IMG/VR virus record: IMGVR_UViG_3300030099_006646
Coordinates: 64,001 to 128,000 of that record
Direction: 5' to 3' (one strand)
DNA from: a virus
DNA length: 64,000 bases
The position numbers and the translations under genes were made by a program. Positions 26,663 to 35,570 of the stretch are shown here, piece after piece; position 1 is the stretch's first letter, and each line of letters starts with the position of its first letter. Under the pieces are notes generated by a model. That model saw only the letters and a program-made list of their open reading frames with translations. It was not told the origin of the DNA and made no database searches.

Positions 26663-29600
26663 ATGTCAGTTAAAAAGTATAAATTTGTTTCCCCCGGAGT
26701 TTTTGTCTCTGAAATCGACAACTCTCAAATAACAGAAGCACCAGCCGACCCAGGTCCAGTCCTCATTGGACGCGCACAAAGAGGTCCTGGTCTCCGCCCA
26801 GTACAAGTAGATTCTTTTTCCGAATTTATTAACATTTTTGGAAACCCTACAGCAGTAGGAACACAAACAGATGCATGGCGAGCAGGAGATAGCTCTGCTC
26901 CACTTTATGCTGTTTATGCAGCACAAGCTTGGCTAAGAAACAATAGCCCTATTACTTTTGTTCGTCTCCTTGGTGATGAGCACCCTAAAAAAACCTCTGG
27001 TGGCGAAGCTGGTTGGTATACTAGAGACACAGACGGTACCTTCAACGGAATGGCTCAGGACGGCGGTGGCGCATATGGTCTTTTCATTTTCCCCTCCGGT
27101 AATGTAGCTCACATCGCAGCAGTCCACGCCGATTCCCGTAATAATTATACTGGATCTCTTGCAGCTATTTTCTATTGTAACTCGGGATACATTGGTCTTT
27201 CCGGTTCTATTGCTGGTTTTGATCCCACCTCAACAGACGTAGCCCACAACACATCTAGTGCAGGTGCTCTTATTGCTAGCCTTTCTGGTGAAAAGGCATT
27301 TACCGCTGAAATTTTCAACTCTTCACAAGAAGTTGTTGATAAACTCACATTCTCTTTGGATAAAAACTCCGACAAGTACATTAGAAACGTTTTTAATACA
27401 TCTCCTTCTAAGTCTTGGACTCGCGTCACAGACAATAGCGTGACTTATTTCCTTGGAGAGACTTTTGAAAGACACTCTGCTGAAGCATTTAAGTCGAATG
27501 GAGTAAAGCAAGCCTCCTCGGTTGGAGCTTATGGAGCAATTGTTCCGCTGAAGCTTCAAAATTCTGCCACTTCAATTGAACAGGGAGACCACAGGAAAGC
27601 TTCTCAAGCCGCTCAAACAGGCTGGTTCTTTTCGCAGGACTTAAATACTATCAATGGTTCTACTCTTGCTGCTCCTGTCGCAAACAACTACAGCCCTCAA
27701 AAGCAGCAAAAGCTTTTCAAGATTCATGCTCTTGACACAGGCGCATGGGATACAAAGAACCTTAAGGTATCTATTTCAAGCGTAAGAGCCTCTTCTAATG
27801 ACTCTAATCCATATGGAACATTTACCGTTGAACTAAGAAGAATCGACGATTTAGACTCGGCAGTTCAGATTATTGAACAGTTCAATAACTGTAACTTAAA
27901 CCCCGACTCCCCTGATTATGTTGCAAAGAAAATCGGTGACAGATATCAAACGTGGGATACAACAAATAATCGGTACACTGAATATGGCGACTACGCCAAT
28001 CAATCTAGGTTCATTCGCGTAGAAATTAATCCCGATGTCAACAACAAGACAACTGATGAAAGACTACTGCCGTTTGGTGTATATGGACCACCTCGACATC
28101 AAACTATTCAGTTTACTAGTGGTTCTCACTTGACAGCTATTAACAGCTTCACGCAGGAAACGGTCGCATCTGCTCCACGAATGGCTTATCCTGCTTCTGG
28201 TGCTTCTTACCCAGGTGGTAGAAACGCTCTCAATAGAGACACTGGATTTCTTTATTTCCCACTCACCTGCACCAACGGCAGTTCGACATTATCTTACGCA
28301 TTTACTGCTTCGTTGGAATTCCCAAGAACTTACTTGAGAATTAGTAGCTCTGACGGAAGAGTTCAATCTCCTAAGAGTGCTTATTTCGGAGTAGATACAT
28401 CACTGGGTGCTGACGGGTTTAGTACTTATAACTTTGGTACTCAAGATGTATTACAACCTAAAGCAAAAGATATTGATGACTTCTCTGTTTCAAATAACGG
28501 TGCCACAGCTTACAGTTGGATCTTCTCTCTTGATGATATCTCTCGTCAGGGCGGCACAGGAACTGGCGGTGACATCACACCAGACGCCTTGTACGTTTCT
28601 GGCTCAAGAGCAGCAGGAAACTCTATTACAGCTATTTCTAGCTCATATACTTCTGTACTTGATGAAGGTTTCAACTCTTTCACAACCGTCCTACACGGCG
28701 GAAATGATGGTCTTGATATTTATGAAAAAGAGCCATTTAACAATACAGATGCTCTTAGTGGAGATGCAACAGAAACATCAAGCTATGCTTATTACAGTGT
28801 AAAGAAGGCTGTTGATTCTATCTCTGACGCAGAAGTTGTAGAGTATAACTTAGCAGCAATGCCCGGTATCACTAACACTGCTCTAAACGACTACTTGATC
28901 AGTGTCTGTGAAGACAGAGGCGACTCATTGGCAGTTATTGATATACCTAGCGCATATGTACCAGCGGTCGATGGAGGATCTGCGAACTCTTACGCAGCTC
29001 GACGTTATACAGCAAAAAATGCAATCGATGCACTCAAGACAAGAGGACTTAACTCAAGCTATGCTTGTACTTACTTCCCTTGGGTTCAAATGAGAGACAC
29101 GGTTAATGATAGAATTTTATGGGCACCACCTTCTATTGCAGCTTTGGGAACTTTCTCTAGCTCTGAAAGCGCAACAAGACTTTGGTTTGCTCCTGCTGGA
29201 TTCAATCGCGGCGGTCTTACAGAAGGCTCCGCTGGTATCCCTATCATTGGAGTAAGAGACAAGCTTACATCTAAACAAAGAGATGATCTTTACGAAGCGA
29301 ACATCAATCCTATTGCTTCTTTCCCAGCAGAAGGGATCGTTATTTTCGGTCAAAAGACACTTCAGGTGACTCGTTCTGCTCTTGATAGAATCAATGTTAG
29401 AAGGCTCATGATTTTCGTTAAAAAGCAAATCTCTAGAATTTCTAATGGTCTTCTTTTTGACCAGAACGTTCCTGCAACATGGGATCGTTTCTTAGCTCAG
29501 GTTGATCCTTTCTTAGAAGGTATTAAAACTGACTTTGGCTTGACTGATTTTAAAGTTGTACTTGATGAAACTACAACAACGCCAGATTTGATTGATAGAA

Positions 29601-29701
29601 ATATCATGTATGCTAAAATCTTCCTCAAGCCAGCCCGCGCCATCGAGTATATTGCGATTGACTTTAATATCACAAATACAGGCGCATCTTTTGAGGACTA
29701 A
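26663..29701 (+). CDS. tail sheath protein (gp18-like)
   Basis: FVSPGVFVSEID, WFAPAGFNRG, INPIASFP, FGQKTLQ, LDRINVRRL. Confidence 0.95.
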   Translation: MSVKKYKFVSPGVFVSEIDNSQITEAPADPGPVLIGRAQRGPGLRPVQVDSFSEFINIFGNPTAVGTQTDAWRAGDSSAPLYAVYAAQAWLRNNSPITFVRLLGDEHPKKTSGGEAGWYTRDTDGTFNGMAQDGGGAYGLFIFPSGNVAHIAAVHADSRNNYTGSLAAIFYCNSGYIGLSGSIAGFDPTSTDVAHNTSSAGALIASLSGEKAFTAEIFNSSQEVVDKLTFSLDKNSDKYIRNVFNTSPSKSWTRVTDNSVTYFLGETFERHSAEAFKSNGVKQASSVGAYGAIVPLKLQNSATSIEQGDHRKASQAAQTGWFFSQDLNTINGSTLAAPVANNYSPQKQQKLFKIHALDTGAWDTKNLKVSISSVRASSNDSNPYGTFTVELRRIDDLDSAVQIIEQFNNCNLNPDSPDYVAKKIGDRYQTWDTTNNRYTEYGDYANQSRFIRVEINPDVNNKTTDERLLPFGVYGPPRHQTIQFTSGSHLTAINSFTQETVASAPRMAYPASGASYPGGRNALNRDTGFLYFPLTCTNGSSTLSYAFTASLEFPRTYLRISSSDGRVQSPKSAYFGVDTSLGADGFSTYNFGTQDVLQPKAKDIDDFSVSNNGATAYSWIFSLDDISRQGGTGTGGDITPDALYVSGSRAAGNSITAISSSYTSVLDEGFNSFTTVLHGGNDGLDIYEKEPFNNTDALSGDATETSSYAYYSVKKAVDSISDAEVVEYNLAAMPGITNTALNDYLISVCEDRGDSLAVIDIPSAYVPAVDGGSANSYAARRYTAKNAIDALKTRGLNSSYACTYFPWVQMRDTVNDRILWAPPSIAALGTFSSSESATRLWFAPAGFNRGGLTEGSAGIPIIGVRDKLTSKQRDDLYEANINPIASFPAEGIVIFGQKTLQVTRSALDRINVRRLMIFVKKQISRISNGLLFDQNVPATWDRFLAQVDPFLEGIKTDFGLTDFKVVLDETTTTPDLIDRNIMYAKIFLKPARAIEYIAIDFNITNTGASFED

Positions 29702-29715
29702 AAAACACTTAATAC

Positions 29716-29722
29716 CTATTTA
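29716..29722 (+). promoter_or_regulatory. putative late promoter element CTATTTA
   Basis: Upstream of tube gene. Confidence 0.6.
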
Positions 29723-29743
29723 ATATAAAGGAGAAAACATAAC

Positions 29744-30337
29744 ATGGCAGCGAAAGGATTTTGGGGTGGACAAGGAGGAGCTATAGTTGATCCAAAAAGA
29801 TCATTTAGATGGCTCGTTTCTTTTGGAAACAACGTACAACAACAAAACGGTCAAAACGTAGTAGGATTGCAGGAATGGTATGCTAAATCCGCAAATAAGC
29901 CAAGCTTTGAAATTACGGAAACCCCACATAACTTTATTAATCATACCTTTTATTACCCTGGTCGTGTTCAATGGCAAACTATTGACATTACATTAGTTGA
30001 CCCTTCTTACCCAAATGATGCTTCTCAAGCTCTTGTTAAGGCTTTGCAAAACTCTGGTTATTACTTACCTACAGATGTTCGCTCTGCTTCTAATACAATC
30101 ATGAAGTCTAGTGCTGTCAGCGCTCTTGGTGGACAGGTTAAACTTAAGCAACTTGGACAAGATAACAGCGATATTTTAGAAACTTGGACCTTGATTAATC
30201 CTTGGATTAAGAATGTTACCTTCGGTGATTTAGCTTATGACACAGAAGACATGGTAGAAATTACTTTAACAGTTAGATATGATTATGCTACTATCGATGT
30301 TAAAGGAGACAAATCTCCTACTTCCAAACCACAATAG
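29744..30337 (+). CDS. tail tube protein (gp19-like)
   Basis: PKRSFRW, YYPGRVQW, FGDLAY, ITLTVRYDYA; follows sheath. Confidence 0.88.
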   Translation: MAAKGFWGGQGGAIVDPKRSFRWLVSFGNNVQQQNGQNVVGLQEWYAKSANKPSFEITETPHNFINHTFYYPGRVQWQTIDITLVDPSYPNDASQALVKALQNSGYYLPTDVRSASNTIMKSSAVSALGGQVKLKQLGQDNSDILETWTLINPWIKNVTFGDLAYDTEDMVEITLTVRYDYATIDVKGDKSPTSKPQ

Positions 30338-30345
30338 AGGTATAA

Positions 30346-31233
30346 ATGTCTAGAAATAATTCTGATCGTCTCGGGTTGGACGATAATACAACCCCTGACG
30401 GCGGCGCAGACGCCCCTGTAGCTGCCGTTGAAGGAGGATCACAAGGGTTATCCTTCTCTATGCCTACGGAACACGTAGAGCTGCCTTCAGGGGGGCGATA
30501 CTACTCTGAAAACCATCCTTTATACAATCAAGAAACGATTGAAATTAAATACATGACTGCAAAGGAAGAAGACATTCTAACTTCTCCTTCTCTTGTCAAA
30601 AAAGGACTTACAGTTGAAAGGCTTTTAAGAAGCATTATCATCGATAAAACAATCGATCCACAACATCTTCTTATCGGAGATAGAAATGCTATTATTATTG
30701 CATCCAGAGTTACTGGGTATGGTCCTGAATACAAGGCTCAAACTGTATGCCCTGCTTGCATGGCTCAAGACAAGTGGGAGGTTGATCTTTCTAACTTGAA
30801 TATCAATCCAGGTGGCGTTGCTTCCGCTAATGGATATGAAGTTGCTGAAGGAAAAAACGATGGCGAGTATGATATTATTGTACCCAAGACAAAAGTAACA
30901 GTAACTGTTAAGCTCTTGACAGGTCGCGACGAACTTTCTATTGCTCAAAGAACAAAGAAAAGAAAAAAACACACACAAGAAGAAACAAGCTTGGTAACAC
31001 AAATGAAGTCTATGATTGTAGCCGTTAACGGAAGCCGCAAGGAATCAGATATTGAAAGACTTATTGAATTTTTACCTGCTTTAGATTCTCGCTACATTCG
31101 TAATGCTTATTCAAATATCAATCCAAACTTGGACATGAAATATCCTTTTGAATGTCAAAACTGTGGACATGAGGACACACTGGAGGTCCCGCTGACTGCG
31201 GAGTTTTTTTGGCCTAAGGGAAGAACAAGCTGA
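30346..31233 (+). CDS. baseplate hub/tail assembly chaperone (gp26-like)
   Basis: VELPSGG..Y, MTAKEEDIL, GDRNAI, two CxxC, ends EFFWP. Confidence 0.8.
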   Translation: MSRNNSDRLGLDDNTTPDGGADAPVAAVEGGSQGLSFSMPTEHVELPSGGRYYSENHPLYNQETIEIKYMTAKEEDILTSPSLVKKGLTVERLLRSIIIDKTIDPQHLLIGDRNAIIIASRVTGYGPEYKAQTVCPACMAQDKWEVDLSNLNINPGGVASANGYEVAEGKNDGEYDIIVPKTKVTVTVKLLTGRDELSIAQRTKKRKKHTQEETSLVTQMKSMIVAVNGSRKESDIERLIEFLPALDSRYIRNAYSNINPNLDMKYPFECQNCGHEDTLEVPLTAEFFWPKGRTS

Positions 31234-31399
31234 ACTGGTGTATGAAGAGATTTTTAATCTTAAATACCACGGAGGGTGGAGCTTTATCGAGGCATACAAC
31301 CTTCCTGTAGTTCTAAGAAAATGGTTCTTGGCTCGCCTTAACAAACAATTCCTCAAAGAAAAAGAAGATATTGAAAAGGCTAGAAAAAAGAATAGATAA
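31205..31399 (+). CDS. frameshift-accessed C-terminal extension of the chaperone (G/GT-like)
   Basis: +1 frame from the T7 run: FFGLREEQAELVYEEIFNLKYHGGWSFIEAYNLPVVLRKWF...; no ATG of its own; not in ORF track. Confidence 0.65.
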   Translation, partial: FFGLREEQAELVYEEIFNLKYHGGWSFIEAYNLPVVLRKWFLARLNKQFLKEKEDIEKARKKNR

Positions 31400-31406
31400 A
31401 TCTATA

Positions 31407-31440
31407 AATGCTCTCTTGTTTTCAAGAGAGCATTATTTTT
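31407..31440 (+). terminator. 12-bp perfect hairpin, probable terminator
   Basis: AATGCTCTCTTG-TTTT-CAAGAGAGCATT-ATTTTT. Confidence 0.65.
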
Positions 31441-31481
31441 ATTAAAACACTAATTACTAATAATCATAGGGATTCCATATC

Positions 31482-31817
31482 ATGAAAGAAGAAAATGAAC
31501 TTGCAACACAAATCATTGATCTAGGAGCCAAGCGCAAAGGCGAGCTTAACGAAACAATCCTTGCAGCTTTTGGTGAATGGATAAAGACTATCATGAAATG
31601 GACATTTGGAGAAAATGTATTCTTTCCTTCCAAAGTAAGAGGAACTCAGTCTGAGGTTAATTCCTTTATGAGCGCTTTGAAAAATGAAAGAAGGTATATG
31701 AATGCATACAAGAATCATGGTCTTGGAGACAAGAGAACCTATGATAGCAAATACAAGCTAGACGCTGCCGTAAAGAAGTTTGAGCAAACAACAGGTTTAA
31801 AGTGGCCGTTTAAATAA
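31482..31817 (+). CDS. hypothetical protein upstream of tape measure
   Basis: 111 aa, LNE site near N-terminus, FEQTTGLKWPF end; CTAATTA at 31450. Confidence 0.7.
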   Translation: MKEENELATQIIDLGAKRKGELNETILAAFGEWIKTIMKWTFGENVFFPSKVRGTQSEVNSFMSALKNERRYMNAYKNHGLGDKRTYDSKYKLDAAVKKFEQTTGLKWPFK

Positions 31818-31828
31818 GGAGAGTTTAA

Positions 31829-34282
31829 ATGGCTGAAGAAACAGATGTAGAAAGTGTGGTCCAGAGAGTCGCTGCTCTTCAAAAAGAAAAAGCTTTGCTG
31901 GATACCATTAGAGATGCTTATAACGATATAGCTGGCAAGAAGTCAGAAATAACAGAAGCACAGCGAAACGATTTAGACAAGCTTCAAGAAGAGTATGATG
32001 TTCAAAAGCAGCTTTTTGATGAATCAGCTAAACAGGTCAAACTCCTCACAGAAAAAGTAGATCTCGGAAAAGAACTCACAGAAGATGAGCAGGACCGCTT
32101 AAAAGCAGCGGAGAAGATTGCTGAAGGAGCCGCAAAAGAGCTTGGCACCAAAAAAGCTTTGCTTAAGATAGGTCAAAAACAAAACGACGCAATGGAAGAC
32201 TTGCAAGACGGCTTTTCTTCTCTTCTTCTTAGAGTGACTGGCGTTGGTGATGCCTGGAAAAGAGGTATTATTGGACAATTCCTAAAAGCTAAGAAAGAAG
32301 GCTTATCTCTAGGAGATATGTTCAAAAAACTGGGCGAAACATTCAAAAAGCAGTTCACCATTGGAAATATAGTTGGTTCTTTAGCTGCTAGTATGGCTCA
32401 AATAACAGCCCAGGCTATTTTCTCTATCGATCAAGCTCAAGCAGATTTTGTTAAGACTGTCGGAACTTCAATGACGTCAGAAGACAAAAAAGTTGTCGCG
32501 GAGATCTCAGAAGAACAACACAAGTTTGGGATGACCATTGAAGAAAACACTGCTAATCTTGGCAAGTTAAGAAGTCAAATCTCTGGTTTTAGAAACCTTA
32601 CTATGGAAACTCAAGCGGAAGTTTTGAAAGCGACAAATCAATTTGAAGCTCTTGGCATTGCAACAGAAAACTCAGCACAGTTTATTGATTTTGCTACAAA
32701 AGCAATGGGGAAATCCGCTACAGGTGCTATTGACATGCAAAAGCAGCTTTTTGGTCTTTCTCAGATAGTGTCTGCTTCTGGCGACCAGCTTATGCAACAA
32801 ATGCAACAAATGGGCGGCGATTTAGCACAGTTTGGAGACAACATGGGTCAAGAGTTTACAAACTTGGCTTTATTGGCAGACAAGACAGGTGTCTCGATGG
32901 ACAAACTGGTCGGCATCGCTAAAAAGTTTGACACTTTCCGAGGCGCAGCTTCAGCAGTTGGTCGTTTGAACACTCTTCTTGGTCGAAATCTTATTGACAT
33001 GAAAAAGATTGTAGGATTAGATTTTGCAGATAAAATTAAATATCTCTCCGAACAGCTTAATAAATCTGGTCAAAGTTTTGAGACAATGGGTCGCCACAGA
33101 AAACAAGCTTTTGCAGCAGCCTTAGAAACAGATGTCGCTACAATGATGCAGGTTGTAACAGGAGCAGCAGATGCACAGGAAAAGAAGTTTGAAGAACTTG
33201 GCGTAACTAACGAAGAAATGGCAGAAGCTGCAAAATCAGCAACACCTATCATGAGAATGCTCAAGGCATCTTTGCAAAAGCTTCTTGTGGCTGCTCAACC
33301 AATTATAGAAATGTTCAGGAGCATTGTCGAAGCTTTTGCTTCTATGTCTCCTGAGACAAAGAAAATGATTGGATATGTTATAGGGGTTATTGCAGCCCTT
33401 AAAGGACTTACAATGCTCGGCGGGCTTCTTGCTCCTTTGTTTACTCTAATGAAAGCAGGCTTTGCAGCTTTGTCCGTTTCCGCACCTGCCGCTGGTGCAG
33501 GTATTGCTACAATGATTAAAACGGTAGGAACTGCGGCTGTAGCTGCCGGTAAAGGCATTCTTGTTTTCGGAGGTTTTGCCCTTGCCCTCGGAGGCGTAGC
33601 TGCCGCAGTATTTCTTTTAGGAAAAGCTTTTGCCGAGCTTATAACCATAGATATGGGAGATTTTGTTTCCGTAATTGGAGCACTTGTTACTTCTATGCTT
33701 GGTTTTGCCGTAGCGGGAGTTTCGGCTTTGATCGGCTTGGCGGCATTTTCTATTGGGCTGGGTCTTTTGGGTATCGCGCTACTTACTGTCAAGACCGAAG
33801 ATCTTAGAGCGATGGCTGATCTGTTCATGGCAGTTGCAAAAATGCCAAATCCACCCTGGCAGTCCTGGACAGAAGGTCTTGATAAATTCTCTGATGCAGT
33901 AGAAAATAATATCGGAAAGATTTTACCAGGATTAACTTCTTTAATGCTGGCTATGGGCTTGATTGATATCTTAGGTAAAGGCGAAGGCATGGAAGCCACT
34001 GTCAAACTAGTGACTGCGATGGGAGAAATAGATGAATCTTCAGTAGAAGGCTTGGAGGCAACAACTACACTTGTAAAAGAGCTAAGACTCGCAGCAGAGG
34101 CAGATACGGCGGAAGCAATGGAAAAGCTTCTTAAAGCGGTAGACACAGCATTTAAGAAAAAACAGGAAATGGCACCCATTATTGTAAAAATTGGAGAGTA
34201 CGAGTTATTTAAACTCATGGACAAGAAAGCAAGCAAGTCAATAAACCCAGGTATGTCTGGTTACTTTCAATCATTAAAATAG
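31829..34282 (+). CDS. tape measure protein
   Basis: Long Ala/Gly-rich helical protein with hydrophobic C-terminal half, after tube and chaperone. Confidence 0.8.
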   Translation: MAEETDVESVVQRVAALQKEKALLDTIRDAYNDIAGKKSEITEAQRNDLDKLQEEYDVQKQLFDESAKQVKLLTEKVDLGKELTEDEQDRLKAAEKIAEGAAKELGTKKALLKIGQKQNDAMEDLQDGFSSLLLRVTGVGDAWKRGIIGQFLKAKKEGLSLGDMFKKLGETFKKQFTIGNIVGSLAASMAQITAQAIFSIDQAQADFVKTVGTSMTSEDKKVVAEISEEQHKFGMTIEENTANLGKLRSQISGFRNLTMETQAEVLKATNQFEALGIATENSAQFIDFATKAMGKSATGAIDMQKQLFGLSQIVSASGDQLMQQMQQMGGDLAQFGDNMGQEFTNLALLADKTGVSMDKLVGIAKKFDTFRGAASAVGRLNTLLGRNLIDMKKIVGLDFADKIKYLSEQLNKSGQSFETMGRHRKQAFAAALETDVATMMQVVTGAADAQEKKFEELGVTNEEMAEAAKSATPIMRMLKASLQKLLVAAQPIIEMFRSIVEAFASMSPETKKMIGYVIGVIAALKGLTMLGGLLAPLFTLMKAGFAALSVSAPAAGAGIATMIKTVGTAAVAAGKGILVFGGFALALGGVAAAVFLLGKAFAELITIDMGDFVSVIGALVTSMLGFAVAGVSALIGLAAFSIGLGLLGIALLTVKTEDLRAMADLFMAVAKMPNPPWQSWTEGLDKFSDAVENNIGKILPGLTSLMLAMGLIDILGKGEGMEATVKLVTAMGEIDESSVEGLEATTTLVKELRLAAEADTAEAMEKLLKAVDTAFKKKQEMAPIIVKIGEYELFKLMDKKASKSINPGMSGYFQSLK

Positions 34283-34295
34283 AGGACATTGACAA

Positions 34296-35231
34296 ATGGC
34301 AGATTTTAAAAATTTTACAACAAATTTCAATGATCCGAGTACTTCTTTTGCAAATCAGAAAAAAGGATTGACTCTTCGTCTATGGTCTATAACTTATATG
34401 AAAAAAGCTTCAGAGGAAATAGTTTTTAAAGCTTTCCTTACGGACTTTTCTGATGAATATACATCAAACTGGACAGAAGATGTAGTCTATGGAAGAATGG
34501 ACCCTCTCTCTGTTTTCCAAAACACTCAAAGAGTGGCTAATGTTGCTTTAGACATTCCAGCCTCTAGCGAAGCAGAAGCTAAAAGTAATTTGATAAAAGT
34601 TCAAAACCTAGTAAAAGGAGTTTATCCTGTTTATGAATCGATTACTGGAGTTCCAGTTCTTCAAGGAGCACCATTATGGAAAGTCAAACTTAGTAATCTA
34701 TTGACTTCAAGCCCTTCTGTTAATTCTACAGCCAAGTCGGGTGGATTAACTTGCAGACTAGGAGGCGTCACATTTCTTCCAGATTTTGAGCCTGGAATGT
34801 TTATAGATAATGGTAAAATGTATCCAAAAAATATAAAATTAAGTCTTAGTTTTTATATATTTCATGATCATACTGTTGGTTTTGATTCTAACAAGCGCTT
34901 TCAATCAAAGAATAGCTTGAACTTTCCATATGCCGCTGGCGCTCTTAATACATACGACGAAAGTAAAGTTGATGGCGGCGCAACCATTGTCGTTGACGGC
35001 GCTCCTATGTCAGGAGATCCAAATGATCCAAATTTCAGTACATCTGGATTTAGCTCTGCTGATCCAAATGCTGGACTTACTCCTGATGGAGAACAAGAGC
35101 AACCATCTCCAACTTCTAAGCCTGCTTCGCTTGAGCCCGAAGACGGCACAAATCCTCAAAATGGCAAATCAAAGGGAATAAAGAACAAAGTAAGCAAAAA
35201 TAAAGTCAAAAGCATGACAAGTGGAGGTTAA
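34296..35231 (+). CDS. baseplate/tube initiator-like protein
   Basis: FKAFLTDFSD.Y.SNW...VYGRMDP tube-fold pattern; position after TMP. Confidence 0.6.
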   Translation: MADFKNFTTNFNDPSTSFANQKKGLTLRLWSITYMKKASEEIVFKAFLTDFSDEYTSNWTEDVVYGRMDPLSVFQNTQRVANVALDIPASSEAEAKSNLIKVQNLVKGVYPVYESITGVPVLQGAPLWKVKLSNLLTSSPSVNSTAKSGGLTCRLGGVTFLPDFEPGMFIDNGKMYPKNIKLSLSFYIFHDHTVGFDSNKRFQSKNSLNFPYAAGALNTYDESKVDGGATIVVDGAPMSGDPNDPNFSTSGFSSADPNAGLTPDGEQEQPSPTSKPASLEPEDGTNPQNGKSKGIKNKVSKNKVKSMTSGG

Positions 35232-35233
35232 AA

Positions 35234-35569
35234 ATGAGAAATAACTCAAGAGATGCATTTTTCAATGCAACAGAGGAATATGAAAATATTCTTTCTAAGA
35301 GAAATCTAAAAAAAATATTACAATACGACACTCCTACAATTTCAACCTTAAGCGAAGATGATTATGATTTTATAACATTCGTGGAGCATACCTGGAAAAC
35401 CGGAGATAGATTTTACAAGTTGGCAAATATCTATTATAATGAACCAAAATACTGGTGGTTGATTGCGCTTGTAAACGAAAAGCCAACAGAAGCTCACTGC
35501 AAAGCAGGTGATTTAATCATGATTCCAACTCCGCTAACAGAAGTATTATCATTAATAGAGTATAGTTAA
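35234..35569 (+). CDS. LysM-like baseplate protein (gp53/P2 X-like)
   Basis: HTWKTGDRFYKLANIYY....WWLIALVN...GDLIMIP. Confidence 0.75.
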   Translation: MRNNSRDAFFNATEEYENILSKRNLKKILQYDTPTISTLSEDDYDFITFVEHTWKTGDRFYKLANIYYNEPKYWWLIALVNEKPTEAHCKAGDLIMIPTPLTEVLSLIEYS

Positions 35570-35570
35570 A

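Noticed and set aside
33295-34236. 313-aa minus-strand ORF inside the tape measure gene
   Set aside because: Antisense shadow of Ala/Gly-rich codons; no SD or recognisable motifs; all real genes are on +
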